A DNA stretch of 33,414 nucleotides. Origin: Octopus sinensis (taxonomy: Eukaryota). The first letter of the stretch is position 1. Each line of letters starts with the position of its first letter. Positions 1 to 11,924 of this stretch are shown piece by piece. The notes beneath the pieces are model-generated. The model was not told the origin of the DNA. It worked only from the letters and a program-made list of their open reading frames with translations, and did not search any database. Both the position numbers and the translations under genes were made by a program. The stretch spans positions 1 through 33,414 of the forward strand of contig NW_021831719.1 in NCBI RefSeq assembly GCF_006345805.1. The letters are read 5' to 3'.

Positions 1-179
1 AAACCCGTATACATACGACGATGTACATACACACACATACGCACATAGACCCGTACTCAAAAATGCATATGCACACACACACATACGCACATAAACGCAT
101 ATGCACACACATGCATATACGCACACGCACACGTCTACGTACACACAGGTATACGCAGCCAGCAATTTCGAGTGAATGG

Positions 180-334
180 TATGTCGGTTACACCGACCTC
201 AGTGTTCAAGTGATATTTAATTTATAGACCCCGAAAGGGATGAAATGCCAAGTCGGCTCCAGTGGAATTTGAACTCATAACGTAACAACGAACGAATTGT
301 CGATAAACTTTTTGCCTGGCGTGCTAACGATTCT
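180..334 (-). mobile_element. tRNA-derived SINE (type 1), degenerate, head interrupted by next SINE
   Basis: Reverse complement shows B-box-like GAGTTCAAATTCC followed by the core ..TTTCATCCCTTTCGGGGTC.ATAAATT seen in all type-1 copies. Confidence 0.75.
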
Positions 335-570
335 TATTTCTTATTTCTTTATTGCCCACAAGGGGCTAAACACAGAGGAGACAAACAAGGACAGACAAAG
401 GGATTAACTCGATTACATCGACCCCAGTGCGTAACTGGTACTTAATTCATCGATCTCGGAAGGATGAAAGAACAAAGTCGACCTCGGCGGAATTTGAACT
501 CAGAACGTAACGGCAGACGAAATGCCGCTAAGCATTTCGCCCGGCGTGCTAACGTTTCTGCCAGATCACC
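335..570 (-). mobile_element. tRNA-derived SINE (type 1), near full length, tail A
   Basis: Minus strand: GGTGATCTGGCAGAAACGTTAGCAC (A-box region), GAGTTCAAATTCC (B-box), core, 3' tail GCCCCTTGTGGGCAATAAAGAAATA. The core resembles the Meta/MESC SINE domain from memory (unverified). Confidence 0.9.
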
Positions 571-572
571 AG

Positions 573-792
<220 letters not shown>

Positions 793-1089
793 TGAAGAAG
801 AAGAAGAAAAACGTGTTCTTTGTAGAAAAGGATGCAATTAAATTGGCTGAAATATTTATTGAAGTAAGGAACATCCTCGACCATTCTGAGGAAGCATTTC
901 AGGGTCTCAAAAGCAATCTTTTTCTTTTTTTCTTGTCTTTGAGGATGAGATACGTCACTCGCGACGTTATTTTGTTTCACTTCTCTTTCAGACAGACGGA
1001 AGCCGGGATCAAATCCAACTGCACACATTTGATTCTTCTTTACTTTATGATATTCCGTGCTTTCAATTTTCCAACCTTTTCTTAGCTAT

Positions 1090-1395
1090 TTAGTCGAACT
1101 AATCGATACCAATACTTATTTTTAAGCCTTGTACATTTTCTATAAGTCTCTTTTGACGAACCGCTCAGTTACCAGTTGTCAAGTGACGAGGATGGGACGA
1201 CAAAATCGGACTCTAAGACACACACTATATACGACCGTCCTCAACACAGTTTTCATTTGATAAATTCACAAGGCATTGATTGGTCCAGGGTTAAAGTAGG
1301 AAACATTTACCCAAGGTGCCGCCCGGTAGGACTGAACCCGAAACTTCGTTGTTGTAAAGTCAGCTTCTTAACCCCCACAACAATGCCTTTGCTTA
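1090..1395 (-). mobile_element. tRNA-derived SINE (type 2), degenerate
   Basis: Reverse complement has GGGTTCAGTCC B-box, GGCACCTTGGGTAAATG core and GTAACTGAGCGGTTCG segment, collinear with the copy at 3497-3870. Confidence 0.7.
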
Positions 1396-2324
1396 ATTTC
1401 TAAACAATTCTATTTTCCTAAGCTAAAGAAAAAAAAAAGCACCATCTTGTACAACAACAAAGTAATCTTTCGGTTTATGACCACAAAATGGCAACTGAAG
1501 TAAAAACAGAAAACCATTAATCTCTGTAAATCGAAAGTGAACGAACGCTACCGGATTTATCTGTATAATGATATCTGTATGATAAACAGTTCACATGCAT
1601 TTCTGTGAATATTGTGAGCGACTGTTTTATGATTGACGATTTAATAAGAAATGGAAATGAATGACCGAAAGATGTGTGAAATGTGAAAGCAAAAATATTA
1701 AGTTCATAGCTGAATAATGTCTTATACAAATAAAAATTTACATCAATGTATCGCTTAGATGTCTCTTCTACGCTGGCAAAATTTTTGCAGATATTTGGAA
1801 GCGGAACGTCTGTGGTTCCACACATGATCCGATCATTCTCTTTCGCTCTGTTCAACTTATCTTTTATCAGTGTACTGATATATCGTTGAGAGCCTCAAAG
1901 TATAGAATGTGGTTTATCACTCACTGAATGTTTTGGCGGTTGTTGGTAAGCACGCCAACAATCTGTGATAATACGATATCTGACGAAGATTTTACGGAGA
2001 CATTACGATTTTAAGCTTTCATTTCCGCTCTCATTTTCTCATCATCAACCGAAATAACACCTATTTGCGTACTTCTACATTCATCAATCACTATTTCAAC
2101 AAAAATGGCAAATGGACTTAGAGATGGCCGACGACCTCTGAACAAAAACGAATTGTCATCCATTTTTTTCTGAAAAAATTAGAATAATAAAATAATTTAT
2201 TTAATTAATTTTTTTTCACTCAGCATATATTTCTCGGGAACTTTATATTAACACTATTTTTACCTATCTCTTTGTCTCTTAATCTATTTATCTGTCTGTC
2301 TGTCTTTTAGTCCGTCCCTCTGTT

Positions 2325-2491
<167 letters not shown>

Positions 2492-2559
2492 ATACTTTAC
2501 CTTTCCATTTTTCTCCCTTCGCGTAATTATTTCTAGTTAACTTTTAAACGTGTCAACTC

Positions 2560-2830
2560 AATTTATCCGTATAAACTGACCGAGGTCATCCGTCGGTCAA
2601 GTGAGAAATATCTGCTGGTGGCTGCTATAGACTTGGTCTTTCCAGTTCTCCACGGACACAACAGGCCCACGGGACATTCCTGTTTCTTTCTCTCATCTGC
2701 TGTTATTTCGATCAGTTTGGCACCGTGCCACCTTCGCTCCGCAGAGCTGCGCTTCCTTACACCACGGCAGTCACGTTATCTGCACAGGTAAGACACTGCG
2801 TTCCTTTGTCTCAATCCATTCACAAAATAA
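2560..2830 (-). pseudogene. Highly degenerate Tx1-like RT fragment
   Basis: Minus-strand translation CADNVTAVV (2760-2786) resembles YADDVTVIV; downstream PVGLLCPWRTGK resembles SVGLRLGTWRGK. Contains stops and frameshifts. Confidence 0.5.
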
Positions 2831-2844
2831 CATCCAGGCTTTAT

Positions 2845-3291
2845 GGAACCACCAGTGTGTGTGTGTGTGTGGTGTGTGCGTGACATATTGTCGCGGCGGT
2901 AATTATGGCGGCAATGGTGGTGGTGGCGATAATGTTGTTGTTGTTGGTGGTGTTGGTGGTGAGTGGGGTAATAGTTGATATGGTTTAATGATGGTTGCGG
3001 TGGCGGATGTGAACATATAATGGCGGTAGCGCTGGTCGTCATAGTATTGATGACGGTGGCCGTGTTGGTGTTGATGTTGATGGCGATGGTGGCGGCGGTG
3101 GTGGTGGTAATATATTTCGCGGTTTGCGTAGTGGTAGTTTGGTGGTGTGGAGGGGCAAAATTTTCGGTGATGGTGGTCACACACAAATACACAAACATAC
3201 ATGCGGCATAAACACTTCATCCACACACACCTACAAAAGCTCACAAACGTACACACACAATATACGATACGGAATGACATACACGCGCACG

Positions 3292-3328
<37 letters not shown>

Positions 3329-3455
3329 ACTCACACACATACGCACTCACACACATACACACTCACATACATACACATACATACGCACATTCACACACAC
3401 GTCTCACACGCATACACACACCCACACGCACACACACACCCACACGCACACACAC
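2845..3455. repeat. (GT)n, degenerate (GGT/GAT)n, then (CA)n low-complexity block
   Basis: Direct inspection. Confidence 0.9.
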
Positions 3456-3496
3456 CAAATAAAAAAACAAAAAACAAATGCATACTTACACGCACA

Positions 3497-3870
3497 AAAT
3501 GGCTGTGGGATAAGAAGTTTCCTTCCCAACCATATGGTTCCGGGTTCAGTCCCACTGTATGGCATTTGGATCAAGTGTCTTCTACTATAGCCTCGGGTCG
3601 ACCAAAGCCTTGAGTAGATTTGTTAGACGAAAACTGAAAGAAGCCTGTCATACATATACGTATATATATATGTGCGTGTGTGTGTGTGTGTCTCACCACT
3701 GCTTGACGACTGGTATTGGCTTGTTTACGTCCCCGTAACTTAGCGGTTCGGTGAATAGTAATTAACAGAATAAGTACGAAACTTTAAAAAATGTACTGGG
3801 GTCGATTTACTGGGGTCCAGCACGGCCGCTGTCCAATGATTGAAACAAGTGAAGTGATAAAAGAGTATAC
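3497..3870 (+). mobile_element. tRNA-derived SINE (type 2) with internal (TA/GT)n
   Basis: TGGCTGTGGGATAAG A-box-like, GGGTTCAGTCC B-box, AAGTGTCTTCTACTATAGCC CORE-like segment, then GTAACTTAGCGGTTCG and ACTGGGGTCGAT. Confidence 0.8.
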
Positions 3871-3989
3871 CAGATGTGCCTGTATGTGTACATATATAAA
3901 CAAATACATACATATGTGTATGCGTGTGTATGCATAAGCATACATTCATGCATACAAACATACATACACATAGTCACGAGTGAGTAAAC

Positions 3990-5060
3990 GAAAGAAGGTA
4001 GAACTCATCACAGCTCTGGCTTTGTACATCTGAGGAAGTGGGCGCGTTCTGAGGACATGAAACTTCAAGCAACGTGCAGTGGAGTCAACCTCACTGAACT
4101 TCCAATAAATTCACTCAAGTACAACTTTTTCCTCTCCGCCCAAATTCAATGAAGTCTCCCTCAAAAAGGAAAATGCATTGTTAAACCTTTCTGACGAACC
4201 CTGTGCGCATGTTTGTGCATCAGCAGCCGCGCCACACAGTTGCTCGTCGTGTAGAGGATGCTTGCAGCAGATAGACCACCTAACCAGTAGAAATTGAATT
4301 GCAGACACTTCAATCAGATCAGAGGGTAACGGAGAAGGTACAAGTGTCATGCGGTAAACGATGATGGAGGCTGCTGTGTAGGCATTCAACACCTCTGCCA
4401 GTAGTTTCGGGAACAGCTTTCTCGGCCCATTTTTGGACGAAACTTCTCATCCTGCTCGTTATCTCAGCCTAGTTCCGGCATCAACTTACCTCTCAAGTTA
4501 CCAAACTACAAGCCCACTAACATGTCTGGGCTGATTTTTTACCCCTCTGCGACCATTTTCTATTCTTTTACAATGGTGTCAACCATTCGCACTTGGGCTG
4601 TGTTAGACACCAAGACGGGAACGTGAACTGTATACACCATCGCAACCGTCCATCACCTTCATTCGAAAGAGGTACTCCTCAACTGCTTCAGCTTCCGCAG
4701 TAGTGACTCGAGAGCCAACACATACAGGCGGAATACAGGTCTATCATCCGTCTGACACTTTCGGATGCAGAAATCACTTAGATGTGTGGTGGCACCACAT
4801 CTATGGCATCTTAGTCTTTTTATCACCCAACACAACCAACATCTCTGTCCCGTTTATGAGTATGAGATGGTCGGGTAATTTCTCGATGTCTGCAGGTCCT
4901 GATTGGTCATCGCTTTGCCAACATTCCACCATCTTCTCACCTGGTGGAATTTCCCATGTGTGGGATGCTTTTCTCCTCTTCTTTATTGCCTCTTGTGGCT
5001 ATCCACCATCATATATTTATTTCTAGGGGAGCAGCTTTCGCTTTCATCTCAGGCAGTTTT
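3990..5060 (-). mobile_element. Decayed, internally deleted Tx1-like LINE (ORF1 zinc knuckle joined to RT C-half)
   Basis: CHRCGATTHLSDFC (CX2CX4HX4C, 4808-4767) runs into LYVLALESLLRKL (RT motif after QGCPLSP), then VKE*KMVAEG*KISPDMLVGL and AEVLNAY..YRMTLVP..VRWSICCKHPLH, typical of Tx1 ORF2. Confidence 0.8.
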
Positions 5061-5408
5061 CCCGAATACAGAAAAGAAATAACGAAAATTCCTCATCCTT
5101 TAGAATGAATTCGTGTCTTTTTTTCGGAGGTTACCCGCACATCTATTGTTTCGAAATGCTTACCACAAAAGACAAATGTTTTCTGATTCTCTGTGCTTCT
5201 CAGTTCGTTAAGTTTATAACAAGACTAACTTTCGTGCGGTGTATCTGTGACTTAAAATCAATCTGTTAACATTATCTACCACCTTTATCCGTACAAACAA
5301 AAAAAATGGGGGCATTCGTTGTCTCGATTTACCTTATTACGGGCCTTTCTAAAGGATTCCCTGTCCACCAGTGTAACCAAACTGTTTGAAGAAGCTATGC
5401 TATATATA

Positions 5409-5580
5409 TATATATATTTCTTTACTACCTACAAGGGGCTAAACACAGAGGGGACAAACAAGGACAGACAAACGAATTAAGTCGATTACATCGACCCCAG
5501 TGCGTAGCTGGTACTTAATTTATCGACCCCGAAAGGATGAAAGGCAAAGTCGACCTCGACGGAATTTGAACTCGGAACGT
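5409..5580 (-). mobile_element. 5'-truncated type-1 SINE, tail A plus (TA)n, 16-bp target-site duplication
   Basis: AGCTATGCTATATATA at both 5393-5408 and 5581-5596; core intact. Confidence 0.92.
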
Positions 5581-6029
5581 AGCTATGCTATATATAATAG
5601 TGGTCGTCGTAGTTGTTGTTGTTTTGGTGGTGGTGGTATTATCACTGTTTGTGATGTTTCTGTCCCTCACTGCAGTCGTTAGTATTTGAAAAGTGTTGGT
5701 GAAGGTGGTGGAGATGGTTGAGCTATCTGTCCACGCTTCCCATGTTGCGCTGCTGCTGTGGATTCTGCTGCCGATGTTGGTGTTACTTGACTTTGGTGTC
5801 ATACAGGGGAATTCTTCTTTGACATGGAATTAACTCCCATTGGGCTTAACACATTTCCGCTTGTTGTTCTTGTTGTTGTTTTTCTTTCAGTTTCAGCAAA
5901 ATGACTCGAAGCAGACGACAGCGATTTTTTTTCCTCTGACGTAATCTGTCGTTGCCAAGGATACAACACTATTAGTACATGTTAAGCAGATACTTGACAC
6001 ATTCATCACTCCGCGTCTCGCGCTCTTCG

Positions 6030-6037
6030 CACTCTCT

Positions 6038-6117
<80 letters not shown>

Positions 6118-6148
6118 TACTCTCTCTCTCTCTCTCTCTCTCTCTCCC
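6030..6148. repeat. (CT)n microsatellite
   Basis: Direct inspection. Confidence 0.95.
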
Positions 6149-6444
6149 CATGTACTTTACATTCGTCTCCCGTGATTACTATTTTTCTTCACCACCGGGA
6201 TATATGTTCTTTGTAAGAAAACTGACAGTCTTGCAAAACAGGATTTAAAAGGCCACGAATCTCCTCTGGCGGTGGTGCGGGATGGAGGGAAGCGGAAAAC
6301 TCACAAAAAAGAAATGACTTCGTTTCTGTGTTTAAGTGACAAAAAGCATTTTATACCAAGCTGATACTAATTCGAGGAGAAAACGTGAAAAGTTCGGAAG
6401 TTGTACAAACCGAAATCGGGAGTGTCTTTTCCATCAACGCCAGT

Positions 6445-6517
6445 CATAATAATAATAATAATAATAATAATGATAATAACAACAATAACAATGATAATGA
6501 TGATGATGATGATGATG

Positions 6518-6583
<66 letters not shown>

Positions 6584-6584
6584 G

Positions 6585-6639
<55 letters not shown>

Positions 6640-6640
6640 C
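6445..6640. repeat. Compound (AAT)n/(GAT)n microsatellite
   Basis: Direct inspection. Confidence 0.95.
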
Positions 6641-6654
6641 AGCTAAATCAAAAA

Positions 6655-6780
6655 CCTAATTACGACATGGAAAGCACTCGATAGCGTCCAACATAAATGG
6701 ATACTCAAAGCTCTTCATATATATAAGATCTCACTTGCCCAAATTCTTACAAAATAGTCTGGCCAAATGGAGCAAAGTCT
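6655..6780 (+). pseudogene. R4/Dong-like RT internal fragment
   Basis: Translates TTWKALDSVQHKWILKALHIYKIS, homologous to [24 protein letters not shown] in the 8328-10247 ORF. Confidence 0.75.
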
Positions 6781-6804
6781 TTTTCTAAACTATGCTAATA
6801 AGAA

Positions 6805-7470
6805 GTTTAAAGGAGGAGGAAACCGCCCTGCATGCAATACTTCAGTGTCCGTGCATTGGAGAGTTGTGGGGATTGTGTGAAGCAGCTGTTATCGCGTGTA
6901 AGATGAATTCAGCTGTCTGCTGAGTGTCGAGTGAAGATCGACTCACCGCCATCCCTTAGCAGAGAAGAACGGCAGATCTTTCTCTGCTTAGAGGCTGTGT
7001 AGTGGACCTACCTGGAAGGTTTGAAAACAGGCACTTTCCTATCTGACCAAGCCCTCAACAATTTCTTCAAATATCATTTGAAGTGGAAGATGAGGGTAGA
7101 GAGGGAGGTGCTGTCTTTTAGTGTGTTTATCAAAAAAGTGGACGGGAGTGGCACGATTGGCGTGACTGAAAGGATCGACTCTGAATATGCTTTTCTAAGC
7201 AAGAGGAAAGAAACTGGAAGTGGGCAGTTTCTTATGCCTAAGTGGATTGCCCCACTGTTGGGGATTCTAATTTACTCATTATTCATTTCTCTAATTTCTA
7301 TTATATACCCTCTCTTATATCCCTTCATGTGGTTGTCTCCCTTTCATCAATGTACCCCCCCCCCCTGTTCTTGATTTTCAGTTTTTTGTTTTTGCTTTGT
7401 TTTTGTGTGATGTAACTCTTCCTCTGCTATTGTCCTCCATGTCTTGGGCCCTGTGGCCAATAAAAGAAAC
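6805..7470 (+). mobile_element. Tx1-like LINE 3' fragment (ORF2 C-terminus plus 3' UTR) ending in (ATT)n
   Basis: EETALHAILQCP..LKTGTFLSDQALNNFFKYHLKWKMRVEREVLS matches DETALHAIVQCP..LETNTFLSGQSLINFFKYHLKRKVRVERQVLS of the 22793 ORF; terminus GTGGCCAATAAAAGAAAC-CATTATT. Confidence 0.88.
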
Positions 7471-8116
<646 letters not shown>

Positions 8117-10341
8117 CTATGTTTGACTTTTGCTTTATATTTGTACAAGTTGGCTCCAAGTCTCACCCAGAGACCTCAAGAGACAACAGGGTTGGAAGTT
8201 CATGTTGTTGTTATGCCTAGTGTGCCATATATTTGGGGGGTGGGGATGTTGTACTAATGAATGTCTAAAAAAAAGTTTTTTTTTTTTTTTTTTAAACCGA
8301 AAATTATGTTTGTTTTAAACCTTGAAATTACATAGAGAGTATTTTGCGTAGGATATGAGCAGTTCCCATGAGCACTATCTTTTGAACTTCTGCCATTTTT
8401 GGGTTTCCTGGTATCTGAGTTAGGTAGCTATCAGCCCCTTTTGCTATCATTCCCAGGGCACCTATGACAACAGGTATTGTTTTAGTCTTCAGCTTCCACA
8501 TTTTGCTGATTTCTATTTCAAGATCTTTATATTTGCTCAGTTTTTTGTAGGTCTTGACAGATACGTTTATATCGATTGGGACAGTCATATCAATGAGGAG
8601 GCATGTTCTTTGTTTGAAGTCTTTCAATATGATGTCTGGCCTATTTGCATCTATCTTCCTGTCAGTTTGAATGGTGAAGTTCCAGAGGAGTGAGATGTGG
8701 TCATTTTCAAGCACTGGGGGTGGTTTGTGTTCCCACCAGTTTTTTTCATGGGGCAAATCCAGGTTTTTACAGATTACCCAGTGAATATATTGTGCAGCTC
8801 TATCGTGCCTGTTGAGATACTCTGTAGGCGCTAGAAGACTGCACTTGGAGACAACATGGTCAATGGTTTCATTTTGTTGCTTGCATACACGACACGTTGG
8901 ACTGCTTCTGATCTTTAATATGTTGGCCTGGTAGTTTCTTGTTGGTAGGCATTGATCTTGAGCTGCTATGATAAACCCCTCTGTTTCAGATTTTAAGCCA
9001 GAGGCCATTAGCCATTGATGGGTCAGGGCTTTGTCGATATCTGCATTATTCGCTCTCTTTGGGTATTTGCCATAGAGAGGTTTTTCTTGCCATTTATTAT
9101 TCAGAATATCTAAGGCCGCAGTTTTGGCACGGGTTTTCATGCGCCTAGCTTTTTCTGTGCTTGTTTCTTGTATATCTATCTCTAATTCCGAAATTGGTTG
9201 TATTCGGAATTCACTTAGATATTCCTTTGCCTGTTTTGTGACTGAGTATGATGCTTTCTTGTTTTCATGTTTTGAGACAAGTTTTAACATCCAGTCCTCA
9301 GAGTTTTTCAGGTAGGTGTCTAGGCCAATTGTAGCAATCTTCATTGTTATTGCCAGTTGCAAAAGACCACGGCCTCCCTCTTTTCTTGGCAGATAGAGTC
9401 GTTCTGTATCTGCCTTAGGGTGGTGCATTCTATGCATTGTCAACAGTTTCCTTATTTTTCTGTCGAGCTGACATATTTCAGTAATTGACCAGTTAACAAT
9501 ATTGAAACTGTAAGTCACGACTGGTATAGCTAATGCATTGATTGCTTCGATCCTGTTTCTTGCATTCAGCTCTGTCTTGAGTATTGCTCTCACTCTTCGA
9601 TAGCATTCTCTCCTGATCCTTTCCTTCATCTCTGAATGCCTTATTCCGTTCCCTTCAATTACCCCTAGGTACTTGTAGCTCTCCGCTGGGTCTAGTTCTT
9701 TTATGACATTCTGTTGGTCAAGGTTAACGTTAGATGTTTCTGTCATTTTTCCTTTGATAAAGGTAGCCTTTGCACATTTATCGAGGCCGAATTGCATTCT
9801 GATGTCGTCACTGAATTGTTTGACTATCGCTAGTAAGCCCTTGAGTTGTTGATCATTTTTTGCAAAAAGCTTTAAATCATCCATGTAAACGAGATGATTT
9901 ATATTTTTATCAAACATTTTATACCCGTACTGCGCGTCATTGAGCAGCTTTGAGAGAGGTATTAAGGATAAACAAAAGAGGAGTGGTGACAGTGAGTCAC
10001 CCTGGAAAATGCCACACGAAACTTTTACATCACCAGCATTTAGGGATTCACTGTCACTGTTCAGAGTTAGTGTGGTTCTCCATGATCTCATACTTACAGT
10101 CAGGAAGTTTCGCAGAGTTGGTGCTATCTTATACATTTCAAGGCATTTCCTAATCCAGCTATGTGGTAGGCTATCAAAAGCCTTTTTATAGTCTATCCAG
10201 GCTATTGATAAGTTTTTGTGCCGTTTGTGACAATCTTCTAAGATCATCTTATTGATGAGTAGTTGGTCTTTACAGCCGTAGGATCCACGTTTACATCCTT
10301 AGTAGTTGGTCTTTACAGCCGTAGGATCCACGTTTACATCC

Positions 10342-10343
<2 letters not shown>
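8117..10343 (-). mobile_element. 5'-truncated R4/Dong-like non-LTR retrotransposon (family A) flanked by (TAA)n
   Basis: RT plus RLE ORF, ~210-bp 3' UTR ending CAAAAGTCAAACATAG-(AAT)n; (TAA)n on both sides; 43-bp duplication at the 5' junction. Confidence 0.93.
8328..10247 (-). CDS. Reverse transcriptase / CCHC / restriction-like endonuclease polyprotein, N-terminally truncated (639 aa, no internal stops)
   Basis: [30 protein letters not shown] (RT); [14 protein letters not shown] (CCHC); RHD; [20 protein letters not shown] (PD..D..K RLE). The frame extends upstream to [17 protein letters not shown]. Confidence 0.93.
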   Translation of the reverse strand: MILEDCHKRHKNLSIAWIDYKKAFDSLPHSWIRKCLEMYKIAPTLRNFLTVSMRSWRTTLTLNSDSESLNAGDVKVSCGIFQGDSLSPLLFCLSLIPLSKLLNDAQYGYKMFDKNINHLVYMDDLKLFAKNDQQLKGLLAIVKQFSDDIRMQFGLDKCAKATFIKGKMTETSNVNLDQQNVIKELDPAESYKYLGVIEGNGIRHSEMKERIRRECYRRVRAILKTELNARNRIEAINALAIPVVTYSFNIVNWSITEICQLDRKIRKLLTMHRMHHPKADTERLYLPRKEGGRGLLQLAITMKIATIGLDTYLKNSEDWMLKLVSKHENKKASYSVTKQAKEYLSEFRIQPISELEIDIQETSTEKARRMKTRAKTAALDILNNKWQEKPLYGKYPKRANNADIDKALTHQWLMASGLKSETEGFIIAAQDQCLPTRNYQANILKIRSSPTCRVCKQQNETIDHVVSKCSLLAPTEYLNRHDRAAQYIHWVICKNLDLPHEKNWWEHKPPPVLENDHISLLWNFTIQTDRKIDANRPDIILKDFKQRTCLLIDMTVPIDINVSVKTYKKLSKYKDLEIEISKMWKLKTKTIPVVIGALGMIAKGADSYLTQIPGNPKMAEVQKIVLMGTAHILRKILSM

Positions 10344-10389
<46 letters not shown>

Positions 10390-10410
10390 CATTATTATTA
10401 TTATTAATGT

Positions 10411-10442
<32 letters not shown>

Positions 10443-10511
10443 ATTATTATTATTAATTATTATTATATTATTAATTATTATTATTATCATCATCATCGTC
10501 ATCATTATTAT
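10344..10511. repeat. (TTA)n array with a TAATGTTA interruption
   Basis: Direct inspection. Confidence 0.95.
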
Positions 10512-11370
10512 TGTATTAAAACTCACAGCTTATTTTGCTGTGTATGATGGAAAGTGTCAACTGTCCACCGCCAGCAAACTGAGGTGACACTTGTTTACTG
10601 GTCATGCTTCAAGAACCCTGCGAAGAATTCTTGCAGTTCCAAGCAATGCTGAGTTTTGTAGATGTTCTACCTTCACATTTGCACAAATCTTTTTCAGCCA
10701 TGTTAATAGTTGAGTGCTGATACTTCCAAGTGCACCAATTACCATTGGTATCACGTCTACTACTCTCCTCATTGACCACAACCTTCGTATTTCTCACTTC
10801 AAATCGTCATAGTTGTTTATTTTTCCTTCTTCTTTCACATTGATCCTGTTGTCATCGGGGCATGCTACCTCGATTATCATACATGTTCTTTATTTTTTAT
10901 TCACCCTACATTGTCCGGTTTCCGCTGTCTGGTCAGGTGATCGCTCTGGATCATTGCATCCCAAAGGATTTTGCAATTTTCATTCTCGGTGACTCCTTCT
11001 GGGGTTTGCTCATACCACATCTTTGCTCTTTGTAGACCGTGATTTCCACAGAGCTGCCAATGGATCATTCTTGCCATATTGTCATGGCGTCTTTTGTATT
11101 TGCGTTATGCTAATTTCGGGCATTCGCTAACAATGTGTCATACCGTTTCACCCCTCTCACCATACATTCTGCGTTTGTTGCTGTTGGTAGTGTTATCTTT
11201 TCTGCACTTTACATAGTTGGTCCTTAATGCTTGTTCTTGAGCTGCACATATGAGTGCTTCTCTCTCTATCTTCAGGTCACTCCTCCTCATCCATGGCCAC
11301 CGGTCCTCTGTATCTATTTTGGCGCTTACAGCTCTTGCAAACTCTTTTCTATCCATGCTTTTTTTTTTCT
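10512..11370 (-). mobile_element. R4/Dong-like 3' fragment (family B), decayed
   Basis: DLKIEREALICAAQEQALRTN, GETV, RHDNMARMIHW, IEVACP, IGALG, ALLGTARILRRVL; flanked by (TTA)n. Confidence 0.88.
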
Positions 11371-11394
11371 CTTTTGTTCTTGTTGTTGGTATTA

Positions 11395-11440
<46 letters not shown>

Positions 11441-11465
11441 GATTATTATTATTATTATTATTATT

Positions 11466-11662
11466 GAGGCGGTGAGCTGACTGAATCGTTAGAACGCCGG
11501 GCGAAATGCTGAGCGGTATTTCGCCCGTCTTTACGTTTTGGGTTCAAATTCTACCGAGGGTGACTTTGCCTTTCATCCTTTCGGGATCGATAAATTAAGT
11601 ACCAGTTGCGTTAAGTACCTTCCCCCAAATTTGGGGCATTTTGCTTCCAGCAGAAAGGATTA
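11466..11662 (+). mobile_element. Type-1 SINE, near full length, flanked by (TTA)n on both sides
   Basis: GAGGCGGTGAGCTGACTGAATCGTTAG head, GGGTTCAAATTC B-box, GCCTTTCATCCTTTCGGGATCGATAAATTAAGTACCAG core, tail AGCAGAAAGG-(ATT)n. Confidence 0.9.
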
Positions 11663-11711
<49 letters not shown>

Positions 11712-11712
<1 letters not shown>

Positions 11713-11920
11713 GGGTGGCGAACTGTCGGAATCGTTATTGCATCGGATAAAATGCTTAGCGACATTCCGTCCGTCTGTACATTCTGTGTTCAAACACAAC
11801 CGAGGTCGACTTGGCCTTTCATTTTTTCCGGCTAGATAAAATCAGTGCCGGTTGAATCCTGAGGTCGATCTATTCAAAATTGCTGGCCTTGTGCCAAAAC
11901 TTGAAACCATTATCATTATT
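11712..11920 (+). mobile_element. Type-1 SINE, degenerate, tail C
   Basis: Head, GTGTTCAAAC B-box remnant, core, and tail GGCCTTGTGCCAAAACTTGAAACC-ATTAT. Confidence 0.8.
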
Positions 11921-11924
11921 ACTA

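Noticed and set aside
2716-2787. 72-nt exon candidate (TCAG|..CAG|GTAAGA) and an LLVAAID motif reminiscent of HSPA12
   Set aside because: The following residues do not match FGTT.SG, and the opposite strand is better explained as a degenerate Tx1 RT (CADNVTAVV).
5880-5990. Acceptor-like TTTCTTTCAG followed by MTRSRRQR..
   Set aside because: 27-codon ORF with no good donor or homology; expected by chance next to a pyrimidine-rich repeat.
9124-10191. Plus-strand ORFs inside the RT gene (also 22951, 23256, 23334, 24497, 24599)
   Set aside because: Shadow or alternative-frame ORFs of the LINE coding sequence.
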